From positions 96,001 through 160,000 of the forward strand of contig CAVZQN010000001.1 in assembly GCA_963777505.1 (NCBI GenBank): DNA of 64,000 bases. The letters run 5' to 3'. Positions within the stretch are counted from its first letter, which is position 1, and each line of letters starts with the position of its first letter. This document shows, in pieces, positions 39,579 to 49,425 of this stretch. The notes beneath the pieces are model-generated. The model was given only the letters and a program-made list of their open reading frames with translations. It ran no database searches and was not told the DNA's origin. The translations under genes were made by a program, and so were the position numbers. Source of the stretch: an uncultured bacterium (lineage in GTDB: Bacteria; Acidobacteriota; HRBIN11; JAKEFK01).

Positions 39579-40634
39579 ATGAAGCTTAGAAGTCCACTCA
39601 TAATTTTCGCAATCTGGACGCTTCTCGCAATCCCATATGCCAGCCATTTGTATCTTTACCTTACAATGCGGGGATACAAAACTACATGGGAACTTCAGTT
39701 TGTTGAAGCTTTAGCAGGGACGTATACATGGGCATTGTTGACACCGTTCTTGTTGAAGCTAACGAACAAATTTCCTCTGTTGTCTACGAAAGCCTCAAGG
39801 CTCGCCGTTCATTTGCCTGCGGCTTTTGGAATTTCACTTTTACAGGTAATTTTGCATACACTCGCTGATGGCTTCCTGGTACATTGGAATGAGCCACTAC
39901 AACTTTGGGATCGCTTTTCCAGTATTTTTTCACGAACTTATTTCTTTAATTTAATCATTTACGCCATTGGATTGTGTTTGCATGGTGTGTTTGAGTTTTA
40001 TAAAAGAAAAGAATTGGAAAGCGCTCGGATTCGCGCAGAGAGCGCCGAAAGTGAACTGAAATTGTTAAAGGACCAGCTGCAGCCTCATTTTCTTTTTAAC
40101 ACGCTCAACACCATCGTTTCGTTAATTTATCAAGATCCTTCGAAGGCGCATGTCATGATTTCAAAGCTAAGTCATTTATTGAGAATGACTCTCGAATACA
40201 GAGCGGAGCATACAATTTCACTGGAGCAAGAACTGCAATTAGTAAAGACGTATATTGAGATTGAAAAAGTCCGCTTTCAAGATCGACTGAATGTTGAATA
40301 CGAAATCGATCAAAAGTTATCGAACGTATTCATCCCCTGTATGATCTTGCAGCCTCTTGTTGAGAATTCGATTCGACACCGTGTAGAGCTTTCCGAATCC
40401 GACACGAATATTAAGATTGTTGCAACACAACATGATCAGAGCTTGCAGCTTTGCGTACGTGACACAGGCGTGGCTGCTCCTTCTTCCAACAATTCTTCAG
40501 GAATAGGGCTCAAGAATTTGAAATTACGTTTAGAAAAACTGTATGGAGATAAGGCGCAGTTAAAAATAGACCAGCTTGTTCCTGACGGATTTGAAGTCAA
40601 AATTCTTCTGCCTTTAATATGCGAAAACCGATAG
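39579..40634 (+). CDS. LytS/YehU-type sensor histidine kinase
   Basis: TM segments, QLQPHFLFNTLN, RFQDRL, LQPLVENSI, GIGLKN. Confidence 0.93.
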   Translation: MKLRSPLIIFAIWTLLAIPYASHLYLYLTMRGYKTTWELQFVEALAGTYTWALLTPFLLKLTNKFPLLSTKASRLAVHLPAAFGISLLQVILHTLADGFLVHWNEPLQLWDRFSSIFSRTYFFNLIIYAIGLCLHGVFEFYKRKELESARIRAESAESELKLLKDQLQPHFLFNTLNTIVSLIYQDPSKAHVMISKLSHLLRMTLEYRAEHTISLEQELQLVKTYIEIEKVRFQDRLNVEYEIDQKLSNVFIPCMILQPLVENSIRHRVELSESDTNIKIVATQHDQSLQLCVRDTGVAAPSSNNSSGIGLKNLKLRLEKLYGDKAQLKIDQLVPDGFEVKILLPLICENR

Positions 40635-41401
40635 AGTCTCTTCGAGTATTAATTGTTGATGACGAAGCGCCCGCTCGGTATCTTATCCGGCATTTGCTCT
40701 CCACCGAATCAGGGCTCCAGATCGTTGGTGAAGCTGAAAGCGCAAGTCAGGCAGTTGAGCAAATTCGATCAAAAAAAGTGGATTTGATTTTTCTGGATAT
40801 TCAGCTGCGCGGCAAGGGAGCATTTTCAATCATTCAAGAAATTGGTCCTGCCCAAATGCCCCTCGTGATTTTTATTACCGCATATCGCGAACATGCTTTT
40901 GATGCTTTTCAGCTTCCTGCCGTTGATTACTTGTTGAAGCCTGTTGATCCGGAGCGTTTTCATGTTGCAATAACACGCGCGAAGGAGCGGTTGACCAACC
41001 GGAATATCAACAACATAAAATCGATGCTGTCCAAGGTATTGCCCGATTCTGAAAATAATCAATCCGATCGAATCAGCGTTCACCATGGAAATAAGTGGAT
41101 CGTAGTTAGCTTGAAAGAGATTGCATGGATGAAGGCAGAAAGAAACTATGTCCGTGCTTTTTCAAAAGATTCGAACTATAAAATCCGCCGTTCAATATCT
41201 TCAATTGAACAACAGCTACCGGAACAATTTCTTAGGATTCATCGATCAACGATCGTCAATATAGACTTTGTGCGCGAGATTGTCAGGTTGCTGCATGGCG
41301 AATACAGACTCATCCTCCAAGATGGAACGCAGCTACATATCTCAAGGAAATACCGCACTCGACTCCAAGAAAAACTGCAACTTGTGACTCGGGGTTTGTA
41401 A
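40619..41401 (+). CDS. LytTR-family response regulator
   Basis: IVDDE, FLDIQ, FITAY, DYLLKP, FLRIHRSTIVN. Confidence 0.95.
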   Translation: MRKPIESLRVLIVDDEAPARYLIRHLLSTESGLQIVGEAESASQAVEQIRSKKVDLIFLDIQLRGKGAFSIIQEIGPAQMPLVIFITAYREHAFDAFQLPAVDYLLKPVDPERFHVAITRAKERLTNRNINNIKSMLSKVLPDSENNQSDRISVHHGNKWIVVSLKEIAWMKAERNYVRAFSKDSNYKIRRSISSIEQQLPEQFLRIHRSTIVNIDFVREIVRLLHGEYRLILQDGTQLHISRKYRTRLQEKLQLVTRGL

Positions 41402-41552
41402 CGCCATCTTGCCGGCTCCTAAGAATTCTAAACCACGAAATCCACGAAGTAGCACGAAAAATTTGATATTTAGTGCATAAGCTTCGTGTTTCTTCGTTGA
41501 CCTTCGTGGTTATTCCCTTTTTAAAAGCCGGCTGGAAGCCGGCGGTACAAAT
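41395..41552. repeat. nested REP/MITE-like palindromic element (same family as 39403..39553)
   Basis: tttgtaacgcc... / ...ggcggtacaaat outer IR; inner aaccacgaa / ttcgtggtt. Confidence 0.8.
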
Positions 41553-41678
41553 TGCTATCCAAACCCATTTCGTGTTGATTCGGCCTCACTATCCACTTCT
41601 TCGTTCCAAAAAGAATCAACAGTTTGAATGGATCGATTATCGTAGACATCAACTTAAGTTTTGATTGGAGGATATTCA

Positions 41679-42874
41679 ATGCGTTACACGGCTTGTTTGT
41701 TTTTTATTTTGTATAGTTCAGCATTGGCCTGGTCAGAGGGTGGTCCGCTTTCAAATCCTTCTATTCTCTTTTCACATGCAATTGAAGCAGAACCAGGGCA
41801 TAACGACATAGGTTTCGATGTGCTGCCGTTGGCAAATGGAGCGATTATCTCCGGATCTACTTCTGTAAAAGGAAAATCAGTTGATGGATTACTCATGCAT
41901 GTAAGTGAAAAAGGTGAGGTTCTCTGGCGCAAAGGTTTTCGGTGGAACAGGAATGGATCTTATCTTTTCGGCTTTACCAGATGGAGATGGTTTCATCTGT
42001 GTAGGATTCAAATCGCCAGGCGGTGAAGCGAATATGAAGGCGATGGACGGCTGGATTCTGCGAATCGATTCTAAAGGAAATTTAATCTGGGAGCATACTT
42101 ATGGCGGACCTGGTGAAGACCGGCTTACTGGAATTCGAAAAATCTCTGATGGTTGGATGGCAGTCGGACATAAAGAAACTCAAGGGAAAATAGAAGCATG
42201 GGTTTTGCGCATTGATCCAAACGGAAATGAGATGAATTCCTGGACTTACAATTCTTCACTACCAACGAAAGGTCTCGATGTCATACCTATGCCGGATAGC
42301 GGCTTCATTTTTGTTGGCGGTGAAGGAACAGAACGAGAAACTTCAGATGGGTTTGTGATTCGGATCGATGGTAACGGACGCCAACTCTGGAAGCACTTAA
42401 TTTCCGGGTCTGGCTTTCAAGTGGGGTATCACATCCAGGCATTTTCTAACAATTCATTTCTTGTCATCGGTTATGGCGAAACAGAAAAGAATAAAGACCA
42501 TCAGGCCTACGTTTTAAGAATCGGAAGCGATGGAAACGTTTCGTATCACAAAAATTTCGGAGGTCCTACTCATGATCGCGCTACGAATGCATTGATCCTT
42601 GAGAATGAAGCTGTTGTTGTCGCCGGACAAACACAGCGGCCCGGATCTGTTGACGATGATTCTGGTTGGGATATGACTGTGTATGTGTTGGATTCAAAGG
42701 GCGAGCAAGTTTGGTCCGGACGATTTGGCGGTGATGGTGTCGAATTTGGAAGAGCCGTAAAAGGAGAAGCCGAATAATCTCTGGATTATCGGACATACGA
42801 CATCACAACCGAGCGGCAGCAGCGCACTCATGATCCGCATGGATGTGACAGATATTTTTCAAGAATCCAAATAA
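41679..42874 (+). CDS. secreted beta-propeller-like protein (2 frameshifts)
   Basis: Repeats D(G/A)W(I/V)LR.D..GN..W...(Y/F)GG; pieces 41679..~41940, ..42777, and a manually read tail NNLWIIGHTT...FQESK*; GGAGG RBS. Confidence 0.75.
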
Positions 42875-43222
42875 TTAAATTGAAGTACGATTAACGAACA
42901 GCGATTTCCGAATTACGATTTTTCGCTCCGCTTTTGAATATTTCCACGCGTTCTTATTCGGAACTCGCCCCGGCGTAAGCTGGGGGTCAAGTGCGATGTT
43001 AATGATTTAGCCGGCGGAATGCGGGCGTAAGCGTCTTCAGAGGTAACTGGACTTTCGCCAGCTCGAGCGGTCTTATTCTTTTCCAGAGCTTTACTAACGG
43101 GTTACGCGGGGGGCTATGATTTCAATCGCGATCATGTGATACTTCGTGGTTCGATCAAATCATTCATTCACCAGCCAGATTGAGGTTATACTGATTTTAA
43201 TGAACGAATCGCCCATAAACGA

Positions 43223-44887
43223 ATGATCCACAACGAGGGACTGGATTCCTTTTCGCTTTCTGAATATTACAATCGGGGCCGTTGTGAACTTCTCGATAAG
43301 ATTTCGACTTCTTTGCTCATCATATTGATTCTTTATACTCCTTTACCCTTTGGTTCCGTTCAGTACTCTTCTCTACTTCTTATTGAAACTATTTCTGCAA
43401 GCTGCTGCCTGCTCTGGCTGGTGAGACTCTTTTTATGCGGCAAGAAGGATCAACTTGCTGTCTTCCGGAAACTTCATGCTGCAGAAAAGAAAGCTCGAGA
43501 GGAATCACATTTCTTTCACCGGCACCCCGCGTTGTTCCAGGCCCTTCAAATTGTGACTTTCGGAAAATGGCCGCGAAAGAACGTTGCTTCAAATGTGGTG
43601 ATTGAAAACGATCAGTCTGTGACTCGAAACTCTCGTTATTTCTCTCTTTTAGGTTACCCGGTCAGGAACACTGGATTTGAAAAAATCGGAATTCTGTTCT
43701 TCGTTTTAGTTTTGTTGCAATTGATTCCTCTTCCCGAACTTGTGCACACTACAATCTTTCCCGCTACAGCAGAACTTTATCGCAGCGCTGCAAAATTGGC
43801 AGGAATCTCTAACCACTCCCATCCAGTTTCTTTGAATCCATTTATCACTTTTTCAAAATTTCTCGAATACGCTTCTTATTTCATGATTTATCTTGTTGTC
43901 GTAAATACCATCAGGACCAGAATCCATTTCCAAATCATCTTTCTTGCATTTTTTGTTTCAGCTATTTTTCAAGGTATTTACGGTCTTTATGAATTTCTTA
44001 GCGGAAATCAGCAGATCTTCTCGTACGACAAAAAATTTAATCTGGATTGCGCCACGGGAACGTTTATCAACCGGAATCATTATGCAGCGTATCTGGAATT
44101 GTCTCTTCCTCTGTTATTGGCGCTTGTTGTTGGAAGGATAAACCAGATAAAGGCTTTAAGAGGGAAAATTCTTGTACGAATCGCTCATGCGCTTGAAACG
44201 GAGGGAAGTAAGATATTGCTGCTTTTGTTTTTGATTTCACTCGTAGCAGTAGCGCTTGTTTTTTCGCTTTCGCGCAGTGGAATTACATTTGCGATTCTGT
44301 CATCTATCATTTTCTTTTTTCTCTATTATCTGACAAACAATCAGCTGAGCCGCAAAGCTTACTTAATTATGACGGCTGCCTGCGCCGTAGCTCTTTCGGT
44401 CTGGATTGGTTTGGATCCACTTCTCGAACGCTTCTTAAGAATCTCCGATGAATTTTCAGACAAAGGAGCTCGACTCTCTCTTTGGAAGAATACGATCGAC
44501 ATTTTTCTCCATTTTCCTGTTTTAGGAACTGGGGCAGGAACCTTTAAAGAGGTTTTTCCAATGTACCGGACCTTTCCAACTCACCTTTCATTTAATGAAG
44601 CACACAATGACTATCTTCAATTCCTTTCAGAAACCGGGATCTTTATGCTTTTTCTGATTCTTGCATTTTTTAGTCTTTTATTTCGTCGTGTCCGCGAAGT
44701 GACTTCTCAACGGCTAAACCGGATTGTTGTTATACAAATCGGATGTTTCTGTTCAATCCTGTCATTGGGATTGCATAGTTTGACTGATTTCAGTTTTCAA
44801 ATTCCTGCTGTTGCGCTCGCTGGAACGATCATCACGGCTTTATTTTTCGGAAACTATTATGCCGAAAGAAATCACATTTTTAACTAG
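43223..44887 (+). CDS. O-antigen ligase / Wzy_C-family membrane protein
   Basis: GTFINRNHYA, SLSRSG, GTGAGTF, AHNDYLQ, HSLTDF. Confidence 0.9.
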   Translation: MIHNEGLDSFSLSEYYNRGRCELLDKISTSLLIILILYTPLPFGSVQYSSLLLIETISASCCLLWLVRLFLCGKKDQLAVFRKLHAAEKKAREESHFFHRHPALFQALQIVTFGKWPRKNVASNVVIENDQSVTRNSRYFSLLGYPVRNTGFEKIGILFFVLVLLQLIPLPELVHTTIFPATAELYRSAAKLAGISNHSHPVSLNPFITFSKFLEYASYFMIYLVVVNTIRTRIHFQIIFLAFFVSAIFQGIYGLYEFLSGNQQIFSYDKKFNLDCATGTFINRNHYAAYLELSLPLLLALVVGRINQIKALRGKILVRIAHALETEGSKILLLLFLISLVAVALVFSLSRSGITFAILSSIIFFFLYYLTNNQLSRKAYLIMTAACAVALSVWIGLDPLLERFLRISDEFSDKGARLSLWKNTIDIFLHFPVLGTGAGTFKEVFPMYRTFPTHLSFNEAHNDYLQFLSETGIFMLFLILAFFSLLFRRVREVTSQRLNRIVVIQIGCFCSILSLGLHSLTDFSFQIPAVALAGTIITALFFGNYYAERNHIFN

Positions 44888-46420
44888 ACATCGATCCGCG
44901 GTTTTAACTAGCGGTTCTGCAATCGTATTCCTTTTTTACGTTCTTGCATGCCTGGTTGTTTTTCGTAACAGTGACTTTATCGAAGGCATGAAAGGCAAAC
45001 CTGTATCCAACTCATTGGCAGAACGCGAACTTAAAACTCCGGCTGGACATACTGGAACCTACTATCGTGAAGTAGCAGAAAGATTGCAGTTTTACTCTCA
45101 CAACCCTGACCTCGTAAGCGAGTTATACAAGATGGCTCTAAGAAAAGCTCCAGCGGATTATAGAATTCCGTCTTCCTATGCCTACTACCTTGTCTCGCGA
45201 CGATGTTGCAAAGAAGATGTTGCCGCACTTTTAGAAGAAGGTTAAAGAGAAATCCGACTAGCTGGAAGATGCATCGGTTTGCAGCAGCTTATCTTCTGTC
45301 CATCGATCAATTGAAAAATGCGTTGCCCCATTTTAGAAAGGCAATTGAACTGCAACCACATTCAGCGCAGGAACTTTATGAACTCCTGGTACAGAAAGGA
45401 AGTGGATTCGAAACTCTGTCACAAATTACTCCCAATCGCGCCGATACGCAGCTACAGTTTGCTTTTTATCTTTCAGCAAAAGGAAATGCAGGAAAGCAAG
45501 AACTGGAAAATATTTTGGATGGCCTGCAGGAAATGCATTTAAAGCCGGAGCAACGAATCGCTACAGCGGAGATTGCTCTGCGAGCGGGACGGATTCAAAT
45601 CGCTGAGAAACAAGCATCCCTTGCACTCCAATCGAATGAGACCAGGGTGAACGCATTTCAACTTCTGGCGGATATAGCATGGCAACAAGAAAATTGGCGC
45701 GAGTTCGAAAAACGATCGGCTGAGTTGGAGAGATTTTATCTACAAGCCGGAGAACGTGAAAAAGCCGCCGAATATGCCTTGAATACAGTGAATCGGCTCG
45801 CACCTGTGAAAACCAAAGGAGAAACAAAAAAGAACTTATTGAAGGTATTAAACGACCATCCTCAATATGCCCCTGCCTATGAGCAGATGGCGAACTTTTC
45901 ACAAAATGAATCCGAACAAGTAACGCTTTACTATTTGAAAAAGGCAGTGCAATTGGCACCTGACCGGCTGGAATACAAAGATCGACTGGCACAGCATTAT
46001 TTGAATCAGTCACGAATCAGTGAAGCGGAAACTATTTACAATGAATTGGTCTTGTCCGCTCAAGGCACTCAGATCGGCTATCTGGGCTTATCACGATGCA
46101 GTCTGGCCAGAAATAACCCGCTGATGGCAATTGCAATCCTTGAAGATGGATTACAAAAATCAGGAAAATCAGTGGAATTGTATTTCGAGTTAGGCAAGGT
46201 TTTTAATACGATTCATGATTATCAAAGAGCCGCAGAATCATACCGCGAATTGAGTAGTCTCTCGCCTGAAAATATCGAAGCGTACATTCTGGCAGCCGAT
46301 GCTTATCGAAATCTGGGAGATTACACATCTGCGCGGGAGTTATATGGACAAGCGCTCAAACGCGATCCAGAAAATCAACGTGCGACTGAATCTTTATTAC
46401 AACTCGAGCCCGTAAATTGA
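44859..46420 (+). CDS. membrane-anchored TPR protein (frameshift ~45240)
   Basis: ORFs 44811..45245 (TM + first TPR) and 45203..46420 join at LLEEG/LKRNP. Confidence 0.8.
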
Positions 46421-46424
46421 AAGA

Positions 46425-48680
46425 CTAAGTTCGCGTAGGTGGAGGAGGCAATGCCGCTTCGGTCTGATTCTCTTCTTTTGCATAGGTGTAAGGATAATTT
46501 GAAAAGTAACTGTAGTAATAATAAGGATCACTCAGATCAATACTATTGAGCACTGCTCCCGCTAAAACGGCGTCAGACTTTACAAGTTTTCTATGCGCCA
46601 TTTGGACAACCTCGCGTGGAGTTTCACCGCCGCGGATCACCATGACTACGCAACTGCACTTCGCTGCCAGAATAAACGAATCAGCCACAGGCATCAGAGG
46701 AGGAGTGTCTAGAATTACGTGATCAAAATTCTCACGAAGACCTTCAATCAAGTGCTCCATCCTGCTGGAAGACAGTAATTCAGCTGGCCGTGGAGTTTTT
46801 CTTCCACTCGTAATTAACGATAGCCCCTGAACATTCGTTGGACGCAAAACATCTTCAAGTGGAGCATCACTTGTAAGATAACCGCTAAGACCAATATCGT
46901 TGGGCACATTCCAAATTGCATGAATGCGTGGATTACGCATATCTGCATCGATCAACGCTACCCGCTTCTGCATTTGGGCCAGTGAAATAGCCAGGTTGCA
47001 TGCAATAAAAGTCTTCCCCTCACCAGGACGGCTGCTTGTGATCAAAATATCGTGAGGCGGTGCACCAGGGAATGAAAGCAACAATGATGTGCGAACAGTT
47101 CTGAAGGCTTCGGTAACCATGGAATCCGGATCATGAAGTGACATCAAATCAGCAGGAGACTGACGAGAGGAACCCAAACGTTTTATAACGGGCTTTATAG
47201 ATCCGTTGTTTTCTTCCTCTTCACCAAAAACATAACGAGGAACGACTCCTAAAAAAGGAACATGGACATAGCGATCCACATCATCAGCGGTTTTGATGGT
47301 TCGATCAAAATATTCCAATAGAAATGACAAACTGACTGCAACAACAAACCCAATAAGAACTGAATACAGCAAGTTACGCTTGATATTTGGTTCAAAAATT
47401 CCAGAGGGCATTTCGGCCCGATCTACAACCCGAATTGTAGTCGCCTTCTTTTCTGTCAGCTGTGCAGAGACATCCGTTTCATTTTGTCTCTTCAGTAGAG
47501 ATTCCAGCAGTTGCTTTTTACCATCAATTTCAGATGCCAGCCGCCCGTAACTGAATTCCTTTCGGTACGTTTCCGCTGATTCTCGTTTGAAATTCTGCAT
47601 CTGATTCTTAAGAGCATTCTCATTCTGCAATGCTTCTTGATACTGAGAATGTGCAGTCGCTAAAACTTTTTTGTAAATTTCAGTGGTTTCCTGATCAAGC
47701 CTTTTTTCCAACTGATCCAGTTGTGATTTAAGTCTTACCATTTCTGGATAATCAGGTTTATAAGTTCTGGACTTTTCTGTGTACTGCTGCTCCAGCGATG
47801 CATGTTCAGTTTTTAACTGTTGAACAATATGACTCGTTGTAACATCAGGCATAGCATCCATACTTCTAAACTGCAAATCCTTATAATGAACCTCTTTGGA
47901 AATCCGTTCCTGTGTGGCAACCGACATTGCATTATTTAAATCTTCAAGTGTCTTCGAACTCATCGAACGATCCTGATCCAACTTGACTACTTCTTTTTCC
48001 AGGCTGTAGTTCTGTAGGCTTTTTTCCTTTTCCGCAATTTCTCCTTGTATAGTCTTTACCTGTTCTGACAGTAACTCTTCAGCCTTCTGCGTATACTCAT
48101 ATTGGGAAGCGAGCGAATACTCGACATATTCTTCGGCCCATGCATTTGCCAGTGTCATCGAAAGTTTTGCGTCTGGTGTGGTAAAAATAATTTCACAAAG
48201 GTTTGTACCTTTGACAGGAGCAATTTCAACCATTCCGAGCAGCTGGCCGGTGAGATGTTTGATCTCTTCTTCCCGCTTTTCTCCTACGAGGGTCGTCTTA
48301 GCATTTGCTTTTTTGGCAGGAGGTGCGAGATCAATTGAAGTCAGATGAAGCCTATCAATGACTCTTCTTGCCAGGCTTTTACTTTTTAATAATTTGTACT
48401 GAGTATTGAAAAAGGATTCGTATTGCTGCCAGTTATAGGCTTCAGAAATGACGTCCGGTACAAAGGCGTAACCAGATCTATCGATATATAAAGAAGCAGT
48501 ACTTCTGTAAAGGGGAGTTTGCCGAAAACTGTAGATCGTTACTCCCGTAACGACGAGAGCGAGGACAATGAAAATCATCCATCGCCGTTTTACGAGAACA
48601 AGTAGATATTCCCGTAGATTAAGCTCCTGATCTTCAAACTCATTTTGCCGATCAGGAGGCGCGAGTCCCCTGTCCTCCAT
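46425..48680 (-). CDS. wzc: polysaccharide copolymerase / BY-kinase (Wzc/GumC)
   Basis: Two TMs with coiled coil, EAFRTVRT, GEGKT, DADMRNP, DTPP, C-terminal Tyr cluster PYYYYSYFSNYPYTY. Confidence 0.93.
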   Translation of the reverse strand: MEDRGLAPPDRQNEFEDQELNLREYLLVLVKRRWMIFIVLALVVTGVTIYSFRQTPLYRSTASLYIDRSGYAFVPDVISEAYNWQQYESFFNTQYKLLKSKSLARRVIDRLHLTSIDLAPPAKKANAKTTLVGEKREEEIKHLTGQLLGMVEIAPVKGTNLCEIIFTTPDAKLSMTLANAWAEEYVEYSLASQYEYTQKAEELLSEQVKTIQGEIAEKEKSLQNYSLEKEVVKLDQDRSMSSKTLEDLNNAMSVATQERISKEVHYKDLQFRSMDAMPDVTTSHIVQQLKTEHASLEQQYTEKSRTYKPDYPEMVRLKSQLDQLEKRLDQETTEIYKKVLATAHSQYQEALQNENALKNQMQNFKRESAETYRKEFSYGRLASEIDGKKQLLESLLKRQNETDVSAQLTEKKATTIRVVDRAEMPSGIFEPNIKRNLLYSVLIGFVVAVSLSFLLEYFDRTIKTADDVDRYVHVPFLGVVPRYVFGEEEENNGSIKPVIKRLGSSRQSPADLMSLHDPDSMVTEAFRTVRTSLLLSFPGAPPHDILITSSRPGEGKTFIACNLAISLAQMQKRVALIDADMRNPRIHAIWNVPNDIGLSGYLTSDAPLEDVLRPTNVQGLSLITSGRKTPRPAELLSSSRMEHLIEGLRENFDHVILDTPPLMPVADSFILAAKCSCVVMVIRGGETPREVVQMAHRKLVKSDAVLAGAVLNSIDLSDPYYYYSYFSNYPYTYAKEENQTEAALPPPPTRT

Positions 48681-48763
48681 ATTAATTAAGCATCATATTA
48701 TATTCATAGTGCTTGAGTCAAAAAAAAATTCATCCTCGTCGACCTTCATTATGTTACACTTTA

Positions 48764-49285
48764 TGCATGAGGTCGGGGACTCTTGTGAAACTGATCACTA
48801 TTTCTATCTTCTTTCTAAATCTCCTTTTCCAGGCATTTCCATTATCAGCCGCCGACAAAAAAGACGCGTACATCGCGGGAAAAGTTTATGACGAACCTCA
48901 ATCTCAAACACTGAAAGGTGCAGCCGTTCGTATCGTGAATTTGGATACTGGTGAAGCACATCAGACAAAGACCGACGGAGACGGATGTTATAGTTTTAAA
49001 AAGATTCAAGAGGGATCTTATTCATTATCAGTTTCATGGAATGGTCAGGACCATTTACTTGCGGAAAAGGTGAAAGTTGAGAAAAACGCGGAGAAGGATG
49101 TTGTTGTGTCGATTTGTACAGCACTGGCAAGCAAAAGCGCTTTAGTTCAGTTACAAAATTGTCAGATATGTTCAAAAGTTATTCCAGCTTGGGCACTAAT
49201 AGTAGCGGCTGGTGCTGGCGGTATTGGTGTAATCTCTGCGATTATCATCTCAGATGATCCGCCTGCGAGCCCATCAACACCATAA
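48764..49285 (+). CDS. exported carboxypeptidase-regulatory-like domain protein with C-terminal TM and ASPSTP tail
   Basis: Signal peptide; IAGKV...GAAV...TDGDG.YSF..I.EG.Y; CQIC; hydrophobic G/A helix; start uncertain. Confidence 0.75.
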   Translation, partial: CMRSGTLVKLITISIFFLNLLFQAFPLSAADKKDAYIAGKVYDEPQSQTLKGAAVRIVNLDTGEAHQTKTDGDGCYSFKKIQEGSYSLSVSWNGQDHLLAEKVKVEKNAEKDVVVSICTALASKSALVQLQNCQICSKVIPAWALIVAAGAGGIGVISAIIISDDPPASPSTP

Positions 49286-49298
49286 TGGGACATGTTGT

Positions 49299-49328
49299 TT
49301 GACAGCCGCAAAAAGTTGACGGTATTAT
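49299..49328 (+). promoter_or_regulatory. sigma70 promoter of C25 copy 1
   Basis: TTGACA-N18-TATTAT, conserved in the second copy. Confidence 0.65.
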
Positions 49329-49425
49329 TTCAATTAAATTTTGGGGGATAGGGGTTATTTTTCACTGGGGAAACTCAAATCGATCTTTCCTAGACTCTAG
49401 GAAAATTTTCATTCGTAACTTTCTT

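Noticed and set aside
41553-41660. LytTR direct-repeat binding site upstream of the propeller gene
   Set aside because: Candidate ttcgt repeats lack convincing regular spacing.
42875-43222. ncRNA or ops/JUMPstart element upstream of the polysaccharide genes
   Set aside because: Only a short hairpin (ccccggcgtaagctgggg); no recognisable riboswitch or ops consensus.
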